This document shows positions 10,285 to 20,193 of a stretch of 64,000 nucleotides of DNA, one piece after another. Where the stretch lies: assembly GCA_963818525.1 (NCBI GenBank), contig CAWFSO010000001.1:518357-582356 (forward strand), in the 5' to 3' direction. The translations under genes were made by a program, and so were the position numbers. The notes beneath the pieces were generated by a model, which saw only the letters and a list, made by a program, of their open reading frames with translations, ran no database searches and was not told the DNA's origin. Each line of letters opens with the position of its first letter. Position 1 is the stretch's first letter. Origin of the DNA: an uncultured Rikenellaceae bacterium. Its GTDB lineage: Bacteria > Bacteroidota > Bacteroidia > Bacteroidales > VadinHA17.

Positions 10285-11031
10285 ATGAAACGGACCGTAG
10301 TGACCCTGATAGCCCTGGCGATTGCCACCGGCATGATCACAGCGCAGCAGGGGGATACTCTTATCCAGTATACTCCTGATTTCAAATTCCGGGATGGAAT
10401 TTACCTGAATTTTGACATGGTGAAGTCAAACAACCCGATTCCGAAAGCAAAACTTTTTACTTCAATCGATTATAACGATAAGGATTTCTTTGACCAGGTG
10501 ATCTCGTCGGAGAAGATCTATTTCTATGATAATATGGGCGTCAGGCAGGAGATTGAGAAGGATTTGATCTGGGGATTTGCACGCAATGGGGTTCTCTATG
10601 TCAAGGTGCAGAAAGCATTCAACCGCATCACCTTCTTCGGCTCCATCATCCACTTCGTGGCTGATGTGACAACCGTTTCACCGGGATACAACCCCTACGG
10701 CTACTATGATCCCTATTACTCACCCTACAGGTCATACTTATCGCCCTATTCTTTAAGTCCCTATTCGTCACGGTATTATGATCCATATTACTCCGGATAC
10801 CCTTACAGCAGCAACACCTCACGCACTGACCTGCAGATGTTCATGATCGACTTCGAGACCGGGAAGTCATACGAGTATGACCTCGAGAACCTGGAGGCGC
10901 TGCTGATGAAAGACGCTGAACTGTATGAGGAATTTGTCTCCCTGCGCAACAAGAACCAGAAGAAAATGATGTTTGTATACCTGAGGAAGTACAACGAGAA
11001 GCACCCTGTCTTTATACCCTCAGGCAAATAA
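10285..11031 (+). CDS. Secreted hypothetical protein with Tyr/Pro/Ser-rich insert
   Basis: Signal-peptide-like N-terminus (MKRTVVTLIALAIATGMITAQQ). An alternative TTG start lies at 10270. No family recognised. Confidence 0.6.
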   Translation: MKRTVVTLIALAIATGMITAQQGDTLIQYTPDFKFRDGIYLNFDMVKSNNPIPKAKLFTSIDYNDKDFFDQVISSEKIYFYDNMGVRQEIEKDLIWGFARNGVLYVKVQKAFNRITFFGSIIHFVADVTTVSPGYNPYGYYDPYYSPYRSYLSPYSLSPYSSRYYDPYYSGYPYSSNTSRTDLQMFMIDFETGKSYEYDLENLEALLMKDAELYEEFVSLRNKNQKKMMFVYLRKYNEKHPVFIPSGK

Positions 11032-11038
11032 GTCGTAC

Positions 11039-11890
11039 ATGAAAAAATCTATTCTCTTTGCCCTGCTTGTGCTCTCGGCGCTGGTGGCAGCAGCCCAGGT
11101 GAGACCGTATCCTACCGTCGCTGACGCCGAAAAATTCAAATCTTCCGAGACCTGCGTCGTCATGGAGGCTAACCAGATCTCATTCTACAATGCGGAGATA
11201 AAGAATGCGGTTAACCAGTACTGGAAGGTGACTCCCGTAAAGTTTATCACGGAATCGGAGTTCAATCTCACCCGTACGGACCCTTCCTATTCCTTTATAG
11301 TGCTCACCATCACCAATTTCAGTAATGACAAGTCAGGTTCAGCCTACGATTTCCTGAATCTTCTTCTCGGCGCTGACGTTGAGAACCTTGATGAGTTGCC
11401 TGAGTTCTGCGCTATTCCGCTCTCCTTTGCCGGGGCTCCCGAGGAAGAGTATAGCTATAAGCTGGGTCTGATCATCAGGTTCATGCAGTATCATGCTGAC
11501 CTGGTGATGAATAATCCGACCACATCAGCGCTCCGCTACCTGAAATACTATAACAAGAATGTCCCTGACATAAAGGGGAAGACGATTCTTGTAAAAAAGG
11601 ATGATCTTGCACCTGAGATCAATACCGAAGAAAGGATCAGGGCATATTACCCGAACAGTGTCAGGATAGTTGACGAAGAGGAGATAATCAGGGCTATTGA
11701 TGAGAAAGAGAAGGATGTCCTGATCGTTCATAAGGTAGGACCTGACGGGGCCAAACAGACGGGAACATGCATGAAGATGCTTATCGGAACCGATGATGCG
11801 GTGATGTATTACTATGACAGCCACCTCGTTGACAGCAAGAATGCCAACGGGCTGCTCATCAGTGACCTGAAAAGGCTTGCACGTTTCTGA
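11039..11890 (+). CDS. Secreted hypothetical protein
   Basis: 283 aa with signal peptide MKKSILFALLVLSALVAAAQ. It is tightly spaced after the previous gene. No family recognised. Confidence 0.6.
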   Translation: MKKSILFALLVLSALVAAAQVRPYPTVADAEKFKSSETCVVMEANQISFYNAEIKNAVNQYWKVTPVKFITESEFNLTRTDPSYSFIVLTITNFSNDKSGSAYDFLNLLLGADVENLDELPEFCAIPLSFAGAPEEEYSYKLGLIIRFMQYHADLVMNNPTTSALRYLKYYNKNVPDIKGKTILVKKDDLAPEINTEERIRAYYPNSVRIVDEEEIIRAIDEKEKDVLIVHKVGPDGAKQTGTCMKMLIGTDDAVMYYYDSHLVDSKNANGLLISDLKRLARF

Positions 11891-11934
11891 TGATGCAGCA
11901 TTTTGCCCGGTAATCCGTCTTTAAAATAAAATAA

Positions 11935-12291
11935 ATGGAAGAGATTAAAACATACACTCAATCGGAACGCGACTGGGCAATGTTCTGCCACCTGTCAGCA
12001 TTCGCCGGATACTTTTTCCCCTTCGGCGGGATCATCGGCCCGATAATCTGCTGGATATCCAGGAAGGACGATTCCGCATGGGTTGATGCAAACGGTAAGG
12101 CATCGCTGAATTTCCAGATTTCGATGCTTCTTTATACAGTGCTTGTTATTCCACTCTGTTTCATTCTTGTGGGCATTCCCATACTGATCGGACTTGCAGT
12201 GCTTGAAACAGTCTGCGTAATTGTGGCAAGCATCAGGGCAGCAAAGGGTGAGGTTTTTAAATACCCCATATCCATTCCCTTCATTCAATAG
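11935..12291 (+). CDS. DUF4870-like small membrane protein
   Basis: 118 aa with the ERDWAMFCHLSAFAGYFFPFGGIIGPIICW pattern and additional TM helices, typical of DUF4870. Confidence 0.65.
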   Translation: MEEIKTYTQSERDWAMFCHLSAFAGYFFPFGGIIGPIICWISRKDDSAWVDANGKASLNFQISMLLYTVLVIPLCFILVGIPILIGLAVLETVCVIVASIRAAKGEVFKYPISIPFIQ

Positions 12292-12313
12292 CATTTTGGT
12301 TATAAGGTAATCG

Positions 12314-12354
12314 CCTGCCTCTGGTATTATATGCCAGCAGGCAGGTTGTATTTT
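12314..12354 (+). terminator. Putative intrinsic terminator
   Basis: Stem CCTGCCTCTGG pairs with CCAG(C)AGGCAGG (one bulge), followed by TTGTATTTT. Confidence 0.5.
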
Positions 12355-12402
12355 AGGGTGGAGCCCCAATTTTTTCTATTTTTACGGGGAAATATTTCCG
12401 CC

Positions 12403-13779
12403 ATGTCTCAGAAACCATCCATACCCAGGGGCACCCGTGATTTTTCTCCCCTGGAGATGCTCCGCCGCAACCATATCTTCGGAATTATCCGTAAGACCTT
12501 TTCCCTCTTCGGCTACCTGCCGCTGGAGACGCCGGCCATGGAGAACCTTTCCACGCTCCTCGGGAAGTATGGAGAGGAGGGCGACAGGCTTCTGTTCAGA
12601 ATCCTCAACTCGGGCAACTTCCTGGCCGACATACCTCCGGCAGATATCGCTTCTGCTGATTTCTCTGCGGTATCAAGGCGCATCTGTGAAAAAGGACTCA
12701 GGTATGACCTTACAGTGCCTTTCGCCCGATACGTCGTACAGCACCGTGACGAGATCACCTTTCCGTTCAGGAGATACCAGATACAGCCCGTTTGGAGGGC
12801 AGATAAACCCCAGAAGGGAAGGTACAGGGAGTTCTTTCAGTGCGATGTCGATGTCATAGGCAGCGACTCGCTGCTCAACGAGTTTGAGCTGATCCGCATC
12901 ATCGACCGGATCTTCAGCGACTTGAACATCAGGGCAATAATTAAGGTAAATAACCGGAAGATACTTGCCGGCATCGCTGAGATGGCAGGAGCAGGGGACA
13001 GGATAACAGACATAACCGTAGCCATTGACAAGCTTGACAAGATAGGGCAGGAGGGTGTCAGGCAGGAGCTGACGCAGCGGGGCATTGCCCCTGATGTGAT
13101 CGCCAGGCTCGAGCCGGTGATCAGCCTCAGCGGTTCCGCGGTGTCAAAGCTTGAGGAGCTGAAGAGGGTGCTCTCCTCCTCGGAATCCGGTCAGAAAGGG
13201 GTATCCGAGATGGAGGAGCTATTCGGTTACCTGGCCATGGAAGAGTCAAAGTCAGAGGTGGAGCTTGATCTCTCGCTGGCACGCGGACTCAACTACTACA
13301 CCGGCGCCATCATCGAGGTGAAGGCTGCGGATGTGGCCATAGGAAGCATCTGCGGAGGCGGCAGGTATGATGATCTCACAGGCATATTCGGACTGCCCGG
13401 CGTCTCCGGCGTGGGCGTCTCATTCGGAGCCGACAGGATCTATGACGTGATGCTCCAGCTCGATCTCTTCCCGGAGCAGACAGGCTCAGCCACTGAAGCC
13501 CTTGTGATTAACTTCGGCGCGGCGGAGCTGCCGGAACTGATGAAAATCACCCGCTCACTGCGCGAGGCAGGAATAGCCACAGAGTTATACCCAGACCCCG
13601 CCAGGCTGAAGAAACAGTTCTCATATGCCGATGCACAGAAGATCCCGGTGGTGATCATCGCCGGCAGCAATGAGATAGCCGCCCGCCAGGCCACCGTCAA
13701 GAATATGAAAACGGGAGAGCAGACAACTGTTTCACTGTCAGCACTCCCGTCATATATAAGGGAAGAAAAAAACTCCTGA
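12403..13779 (+). CDS. hisS: Histidine--tRNA ligase
   Basis: Start [14 protein letters not shown] is typical of HisRS. Class II motifs are present ([32 protein letters not shown]). The ORF-track start at 12331 overlaps the upstream terminator and is unlikely. Confidence 0.95.
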   Translation: MSQKPSIPRGTRDFSPLEMLRRNHIFGIIRKTFSLFGYLPLETPAMENLSTLLGKYGEEGDRLLFRILNSGNFLADIPPADIASADFSAVSRRICEKGLRYDLTVPFARYVVQHRDEITFPFRRYQIQPVWRADKPQKGRYREFFQCDVDVIGSDSLLNEFELIRIIDRIFSDLNIRAIIKVNNRKILAGIAEMAGAGDRITDITVAIDKLDKIGQEGVRQELTQRGIAPDVIARLEPVISLSGSAVSKLEELKRVLSSSESGQKGVSEMEELFGYLAMEESKSEVELDLSLARGLNYYTGAIIEVKAADVAIGSICGGGRYDDLTGIFGLPGVSGVGVSFGADRIYDVMLQLDLFPEQTGSATEALVINFGAAELPELMKITRSLREAGIATELYPDPARLKKQFSYADAQKIPVVIIAGSNEIAARQATVKNMKTGEQTTVSLSALPSYIREEKNS

Positions 13780-13889
13780 TATCAGCTCTCCGTCATTGGG
13801 CGTGAAGCCGGCTGCAGTCATGCGGCTTAGGCTCATGATAAAGCCTTTCTGCGTTATGCCAGGCTTCAGCCTTGCGGCCTGAAACCAGG

Positions 13890-14420
13890 CTACAGGTCAG
13901 ACCCCTGCGGCTGGCCGTCGCGGCCGGCTCCTTTACCCTGGCCTTCCGGCTGGCCCTGCCTCCTCTGATTAAGCTCCCTGAGCAGCTGCTGCTTGTACTG
14001 GTTCTCGATCTGGTATAACCTGATGACCTTGACCGGTGGCAGCACCTTCTTCAGGTCATTGTTGAACGACACCACCATGTTGGCTTCGTCAGAGTAAGTT
14101 TTAGCCAGTTTGTCAGCCGTCGACGAAAGCTCGTCGTCACTCATGTTCGCTTCGTTCTGCATGGCATAGCGCATAAGTGACAGGCGATCAGCCTGCAGCT
14201 TGTTCCTTCGCGCAGAATAGTCGTTGTACAACGGCCAGAACTTTTCAGCCTCGGCCGGGCTGAGATCGAGCCGCTGGGTGAAAAATGCAATCTTGTAGGC
14301 GGTGAGCCTTTCACCATCGCTCTGCATCTGCCCCTGACCCATGCCCTGACCCTGTCCGCTCAGTGATGCAATCGCGGTCAGCATCACAACCATCATTGTG
14401 TAAAATTCTTTCTTCATCAT
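13890..14420 (-). CDS. Periplasmic Spy/CpxP-like (heavy-metal-sensor-like) protein
   Basis: 176 aa with a signal peptide, Gln/Gly-rich ends and a helical core. It is the third gene of an ECF sigma/anti-sigma operon. Confidence 0.55.
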   Translation of the reverse strand: MMKKEFYTMMVVMLTAIASLSGQGQGMGQGQMQSDGERLTAYKIAFFTQRLDLSPAEAEKFWPLYNDYSARRNKLQADRLSLMRYAMQNEANMSDDELSSTADKLAKTYSDEANMVVSFNNDLKKVLPPVKVIRLYQIENQYKQQLLRELNQRRQGQPEGQGKGAGRDGQPQGSDL

Positions 14421-14863
14421 AATAGTTCATAAATATCATTAAGGTCAATATCTTCATTCATCAGGTAATCAATAATGACATCGGAGGAGACAACCTGCCC
14501 GTTTCCGGTGATGTCAACCGGCTCAGTCTGGCCCAGCTCATACTCAATCATGTATGTATCCAGCTCTTCTGCAGCCAGGTCAGCATAAAGACTGCTCCCC
14601 GTTTCGTTCTCAGCTGCGGCCCTGTCACCCGTCAACACCCTGATCATCACGGTGGATATGACGGCAAATCCAATAATAGCTGCGGCAAGAGCGAGGTATG
14701 GCTTAAAGGAGATCCTTCTCACCGGCCTCTCAGTCTCCGTCACGGCATCTTCCTCATCCCCGCTTTTACGAATGGCTGACATCGTTCTTTCAGTCAGCGT
14801 GTCAAAGTAACCTTCAGGGACTTTGAAGGGATTGCCTTTTTTTATTTCTTCATTTAGTTGCAT
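14417..14863 (-). CDS. Putative anti-sigma factor (single-pass membrane protein)
   Basis: 148 aa with one central TM segment (YLALAAAIIGFAVISTVMI). It lies immediately downstream of an ECF sigma gene, with a 4-nt overlap onto the next gene. Confidence 0.5.
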   Translation of the reverse strand: MQLNEEIKKGNPFKVPEGYFDTLTERTMSAIRKSGDEEDAVTETERPVRRISFKPYLALAAAIIGFAVISTVMIRVLTGDRAAAENETGSSLYADLAAEELDTYMIEYELGQTEPVDITGNGQVVSSDVIIDYLMNEDIDLNDIYELL

Positions 14864-14896
14864 GATATTTCTTTGATGTTCAGGGATGGAATTGGT

Positions 14897-15442
14897 TTAA
14901 TCGTCCTGTAAAAATTGTTCAATTTTTTTTACCGCATGGTGATATGATGCTTTCAGCGCTCCCACGGAGGTTCCCGTCACTCCGCTCATCTCCTCGTAGC
15001 TCATGTCGTCGAAGTACTTCATATTGAAGACCGCACGCTGTTTCACTGGCAGTTTGAGGATAGCATTCTGCAGCTTCACGGAGGCATCATCACCGTCAAA
15101 GTATGAGTTGCCCTCGAGTGACTGGGCAAAGATACCCTCAATATCGTCAATCGATACGGCATTCTGTCTCTCTCTCTTCCTGATCAGGGTGAGGGCTTCA
15201 TTGGTGGATATTGACCAGAGCCATGTCAGCAGGGAGCTCTCGAACCTGAAGGCGGAAATGTTCTTCCAGGCGTTGATGAAGGTGTTCTGCAGCGCATCAT
15301 CTGCATCATCATGTATGATCACGATACGCCGGATATGCCAGTAAAGCTTTGATCCGTACAGGTCAATGATCATTCGGAACGCTTTTTCGGCGTCGGTCCT
15401 GATCAGGCTTTTTATATCATCCTCAGTGATTTGCGGCATCAC
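14897..15442 (-). CDS. ECF-type RNA polymerase sigma-70 factor
   Basis: 181 aa with region 2 (DADDALQNTFINAWKN) and region 4 (MSYEEMSGVTGTSVGALKASYHHAVKKI). Confidence 0.9.
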   Translation of the reverse strand: MMPQITEDDIKSLIRTDAEKAFRMIIDLYGSKLYWHIRRIVIIHDDADDALQNTFINAWKNISAFRFESSLLTWLWSISTNEALTLIRKRERQNAVSIDDIEGIFAQSLEGNSYFDGDDASVKLQNAILKLPVKQRAVFNMKYFDDMSYEEMSGVTGTSVGALKASYHHAVKKIEQFLQDD

Positions 15443-15509
15443 CTGCAGTGGCGGTATTTGTCAGTGTGACGCCCGCCGGCGTCAATGGTTTAATCTGATG
15501 GTCAAAATT

Positions 15510-15607
15510 AGTAAAAAGTGCATGCCTCATCACAATCTCTTACTCCCGACCGGCATTAACAGTAAAAAGTGCATGCTGCATCACCCGCTCTTACTCGCGA
15601 TCGGCTC
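15510..15607. repeat. 51-bp tandem repeat x2 in a divergent promoter region
   Basis: AGTAAAAAGTGCATGCCTCATCACAATCTCTTACTCCCGACCGGC at 15510 and AGTAAAAAGTGCATGCTGCATCACCCGCTCTTACTCGCGATCGGC at 15561. Confidence 0.85.
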
Positions 15608-15614
15608 TTTTTGG

Positions 15615-15622
15615 TAACTTTG
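15615..15622 (+). promoter_or_regulatory. Bacteroidota -7 promoter box (TAACTTTG)
   Basis: Exact TAnnTTTG match, 21 nt upstream of the ychF ATG. Confidence 0.4.
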
Positions 15623-15642
15623 CAGCAACTGAAATCTGAGAC

Positions 15643-16731
15643 ATGGCATTGAAATGCGGAATTATAGGTATCACCAGTGTAGGCAAGACCACGATATTCA
15701 ACTGTATATCCAACACACGCGGTGAGACAAACACATACGGCACGGGTGTCAAGGCGAACCTCGGCGTGATACAGGTGCCTGACAGGCGCCTCTATGAGCT
15801 GGAGAAGCACCAGCCGACGGAGCGGATCGTACATACCACCGTAGATATCGTAGACATACCGGGGCTGGTCAGGGGCCAGGGCGACAGCTCGGGAGCAAGG
15901 CTCCTTGGCGAGATAAGGAATACCGATGCGCTGATACATGTGCTGAGGTGCTTTGATGATGACAACCTGCCTCACATAGACGGCTCCGTCAATCCCGTCA
16001 GGGACCTTGAGAACATTGAGTTTGAGCTCCAGGTCAAGGATGTTGAATCGGTTGACAAGAAGATCCAGCGGCTCGAGCGTGCCTCCCGCACCGGCGATAA
16101 GGATGCAAAGCACGGGCTAGAGATACTTAACCGTTACAAGGAGCATCTCGAGGGTTTTCAGAATGCCTCGTCGCTGGAGCTTAAGCCCGAGGAGAAGAGG
16201 TACGTCGATGACATCTTCCTGCTGACGATGAAGCCTGTACTCTACGTCTGCAATGTTGACGAGGCCTCTGCCGTCAGCGGCAACAGCTATACTGAGGCAG
16301 TCAGGGATTATCTGGGCGCCAGGGGTGCGATGCCACTGGTGATAGCCGGCGCCCTGGAGGCGGAGATAGCCAATCTCACCGAGGAGGCTGACCGGATGGA
16401 GTTCCTTCAGGCTTCGGGTCTCACCGAACCTGGCGTCAACAAGCTTGTCAGGGCGGCCTATGAGATGCTCAACCTGCTCACCTTCTTCACCGTCGGACCC
16501 AAGGAGATCAGGGCATGGACCATCACCGCCGGAATGACCGCTCCGCAGGCTGCGGGGGTCATCCACTCTGACCTGGAGAGAGGATTCATCAGGGCCGAGG
16601 TGATGAAATACAATGACTTCATGACCCTGGGATCAGAACACGCCTGCCGCGAGGCCGGCAAACTCTCAGTGGAGGGCAAGAGTTACGTCGTTGACGACGG
16701 TGACATACTTCATATCAGGTTTAACGTATAA
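15643..16731 (+). CDS. ychF: Redox-regulated ATPase YchF
   Basis: 362 aa starting MALKCGIIGITSVGKTTIFN, with a YchF C-terminal TGS-like region. Confidence 0.95.
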   Translation: MALKCGIIGITSVGKTTIFNCISNTRGETNTYGTGVKANLGVIQVPDRRLYELEKHQPTERIVHTTVDIVDIPGLVRGQGDSSGARLLGEIRNTDALIHVLRCFDDDNLPHIDGSVNPVRDLENIEFELQVKDVESVDKKIQRLERASRTGDKDAKHGLEILNRYKEHLEGFQNASSLELKPEEKRYVDDIFLLTMKPVLYVCNVDEASAVSGNSYTEAVRDYLGARGAMPLVIAGALEAEIANLTEEADRMEFLQASGLTEPGVNKLVRAAYEMLNLLTFFTVGPKEIRAWTITAGMTAPQAAGVIHSDLERGFIRAEVMKYNDFMTLGSEHACREAGKLSVEGKSYVVDDGDILHIRFNV

Positions 16732-16739
16732 CCCAAAAG

Positions 16740-18446
16740 GTGAAATACCTCCTTGTCATACCTGTCCTCCTGCTTCTGACAGCGGTACCTGACGGATACT
16801 GTCAGTACACTAAGAGGGGAGATGACATCAGGGAGGCGGTAAGGAGTTACGGCCAGGCCGAGGTGATTATCAGCTATCCGGGTTTTGAGGCCATGACACG
16901 ACTGGCCGAACGTTTCTCAGTGGCCTCATGCGACGGCACGGAGGCACAACTCAGCCTCTCGCCCAATGACATTGAGGATTTCATAGCCACGGGCAGGGAT
17001 TACAAGCTTGTCATGCCCGTCCCCACAAAAGGTTTTTACACAGCCTCTTCGGTTGCTGAGGCGATGCTCTGGCAGTCATACCCCACCTGGAAACACTATG
17101 ACACTATCATGCACAAGATAGCAGGGCACTGGCCCGATGTCTGCCTCCTTGACACAATAGGGTTCAGCGTGGATGGCAGGGCCGTACTTGCGCTTAAGAT
17201 ATCTGACAATCCCCGTGACGACGAACAGGAACCTCTCGTCATGCTCACTGCATCCATCCACGGTGATGAGCCTGCAGGCTTCGTACTGCTGATGCGGCTG
17301 GCCGAATATCTTGCCTCTGAAAGCGCATCCGGAGGATTGGTTGGTGACCTTGTCTCAGGCCTGGAGATATGGATCAACCCGCTTGCCAATCCTGACGGCA
17401 TGTACCGCAGTAATGACACTATGATCAGCCCCGTCAGGGCAAACAGCAATGGCTATGACCTCAACCGTAATTTCCCCGATCCGGAAGTAGCCTCCCCGCC
17501 TCCGCTGCAGAAGGAGACGCTTGACATGATCTCCTTCCTGGAGGAAAAACGATTTGTCATTTCAGTAAACCTCCACTCCGGGGAGGAGGTTGTAAACTAT
17601 CCGTGGGACAAATGGACCAGGCTCCATGCTGATGACGAATGGTTCAATGATATCAGCAGACGCTATGCCGACACGGTACACCTCCACGCCGAACCGGGAT
17701 ACATGACCTTCCTTGACAACGGGGTAACCAGGGGATGGGTGTGGTATATCGTCAGGGGAGGGAGACAGGATTTCGTTACATGGGGTCTCGGGGGAAGGGA
17801 GGTGACCATTGAGCTTGACGACATAAAGATGACGCCCGGATCAAACCTTGAAGCCCTGTGGAACTGGAACCACCGGTCGCTGATCCGGTATATAGCCGAG
17901 GCCCTGACAGGAGTCAGGGGCATCGTCACCGACGCGGCAACGGGAGAGCCGCTGAGCGCGAAAATATTCATCGAAGGTCATGATACCGACTCGTCACATG
18001 TCTACTCTGACACCCTGACCGGAGAGTACTACAGGTTCCTTGCTCCCGGCACCCGGAACATCACCTTCTCATGTCCGGGATATGCATCCTGGTCATTTAC
18101 TGCCGATATCACCGGATGGAATACGATGGTGTCAGAAGATATTCAACTGCAAAAGGCAGGTGACATTTATCCTCCCCCTCCTGAAAAGGGACTGCTGATC
18201 TGGCCTGTGCCCTCGCACGGCTCATTGAACATCATGCTGCCTGTCACGGTAACGGGAGAGGTAACGGTCACCCTGACCAGCACCCGGGGCTCGCACGCAA
18301 TCAGCTTTCGTACCACGGCGCAGCCAGGCATACCCGTAGTATGCGAATGCGAGGGTCTTTCATCGGGAGTATACATAATCTCAGTCATGAAAGAGCCCGG
18401 CGGTCCATTGCTGAGAGGCAGGGCAGTAATCACACGGTTTAAATAA
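16740..18446 (+). CDS. M14-family zinc carboxypeptidase with T9SS-type C-terminal sorting domain
   Basis: 568 aa with a signal peptide, HGDEPAG, NPDG and DLNRNFP motifs, and a C-terminal ~80-aa beta-sandwich-like tail ending in the GVYIISV pattern. GTG start. Confidence 0.82.
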   Translation: MKYLLVIPVLLLLTAVPDGYCQYTKRGDDIREAVRSYGQAEVIISYPGFEAMTRLAERFSVASCDGTEAQLSLSPNDIEDFIATGRDYKLVMPVPTKGFYTASSVAEAMLWQSYPTWKHYDTIMHKIAGHWPDVCLLDTIGFSVDGRAVLALKISDNPRDDEQEPLVMLTASIHGDEPAGFVLLMRLAEYLASESASGGLVGDLVSGLEIWINPLANPDGMYRSNDTMISPVRANSNGYDLNRNFPDPEVASPPPLQKETLDMISFLEEKRFVISVNLHSGEEVVNYPWDKWTRLHADDEWFNDISRRYADTVHLHAEPGYMTFLDNGVTRGWVWYIVRGGRQDFVTWGLGGREVTIELDDIKMTPGSNLEALWNWNHRSLIRYIAEALTGVRGIVTDAATGEPLSAKIFIEGHDTDSSHVYSDTLTGEYYRFLAPGTRNITFSCPGYASWSFTADITGWNTMVSEDIQLQKAGDIYPPPPEKGLLIWPVPSHGSLNIMLPVTVTGEVTVTLTSTRGSHAISFRTTAQPGIPVVCECEGLSSGVYIISVMKEPGGPLLRGRAVITRFK

Positions 18447-18463
18447 GGAATGCCTTTTGTTGA

Positions 18464-18471
18464 TATCTTTG
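18464..18471 (+). promoter_or_regulatory. Bacteroidota -7 promoter box (TATCTTTG)
   Basis: Exact TAnnTTTG match, 72 nt upstream of the ATG at 18543. Confidence 0.3.
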
Positions 18472-18542
18472 TCCCCCCGCCTTGCACAGAAGGTCAAAAC
18501 TGATATTTTTGGGGCTTATTTCTTACCACGCACCTTATTACC

Positions 18543-20193
18543 ATGAAACAGACAGCCACAATACTATACTTTCTTCTCATCTCATTTGTCACAGGCGCAC
18601 AGACGGCATACATACCTCCGGATAAGCCAAAGCTGGTGGTTGGCATCATCGTTGAGCAACTCCGCTATGACCAGCTTGAGCGCGTATGGGGTATCATTCC
18701 TGACAAAGGGCTTAAAAGGATGGTCAACGAAGGCACCTATTACCGCAACGTCTCTCTTGATTACCTTTCAACGCAGGCAGCCCCGGGGTTTGCCACCATT
18801 TCGACAGGAGCATCACCCTCAGCACACGGCATTACCTCAGACTCCTGGTTTCATCCCTTCAATGACGAGATGATTTTCAGCGTCCAGGATCCGGATGCCA
18901 GCGCTGTGGGCGGTAGTTTTGAAACCGGTCTCTTCTCGCCCGTCAACCTGCTCTCGTCAACATTCGCTGATGAGCTCCAGATGTCCACCTGCGGAGGCTC
19001 CAAAGTATACGGCATCGGCATAAAGGAGATGGGTGCCATAATAACCGCCGGGCATGCCGCTGACGGCGCCTTCTGGTTCGATGACCGCACCGGCACATGG
19101 ATGAGCAGCAATTACTACACTAAAACACTTCCTCCGTGGCTCATGGACCTAAACGCCATGCTCCTCCCGGGACAGTACCTTAACCACCCATGGCAGCCGC
19201 TGATGGATCCCTCGCTCTACCCGGGCTGCCAGGCTGACTCAAATGCCCTCGAAAAAGGCTTTAACGGACAGACCTGGTTTCCTTATGACCTCAAGGCGAT
19301 GTCCACCACGGGAAAACTCCTGAGCGCCACAAGAGATTACTCAGTGCTTGCGCGAGACACCTTTTGCAGATGACTTCACCACCGAACTCGCCCTCAGGCT
19401 GATTGAGAACGAGCAGCTGGGACAGGATGATATAACTGATTATCTTGCCATTACATACTCGGCCACCGATTATATAGGCCATCGTTTCGGACCCTCTTCA
19501 GTGGAGTCATCCGATGCCCTGGTGAGACTTGACAAGAACATAGGCCTGCTGCTTGACAAGCTTGATAAATCGCTGGGCAAGAAGAATGTACTTGTCTATT
19601 TTGTCTCCGCCCACGGAGTATCGGAGATACCTGCCGTACTCGAAAAGAGCCGGGTGCCATCAGGCTATTTCAAGCTGAATCAGTCGCTTCAGTTGCTCCG
19701 CAGCTACCTCAATGCCGTCTATGGGCAGGGCGACTGGGTGAAGGGTTTCTTTGACAACCAGATCTTTCTTAACAGGGATCTCATTGATGACGGGAAGATA
19801 AGCCTCGGGGAGATACAGATCAGGGTGGCACGCTTCATGGTACAGTTCTCGGGGATAGCTGCAGCGGTACCCACCTCTGCCTTCGAGATGAGTGATTTTT
19901 CAGGCGGCCTGCTTCTTAAGATGAACAATAATTTCAGCCAGCAACGGTCAGGTGACGTGATGATTGCTCTGAATCCGGGATGGGTTGAGAAGACTGACAA
20001 TGTTACCGGTCATAACTCACCCTATGAGTATGACAGCCATGTGCCTCTAATATGGTTTGGATGGACTGCCAGCAGGGCCTCTGTCACGCGCAGCGTAACC
20101 ACCAGGGATATTGCCGTTACCCTCTCGGTACTGTGCAGGATTCCTTTACCGAATGCTGCCAGCGGCGATCCGCTTCACGAACTGTTCAGGTAG
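18543..20193 (+). pseudogene. Alkaline phosphatase / nucleotide pyrophosphatase family protein, split by a +1 frameshift near 19347-19351
   Basis: Two abutting ORFs (18543-19373 and 19348-20193) read as the N- and C-terminal halves of one AlkP-superfamily enzyme. The junction reads ...RDYSVL|RETPFADDFT... if one nt is removed from GTGCTTGCGCGAG. Confidence 0.7.
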
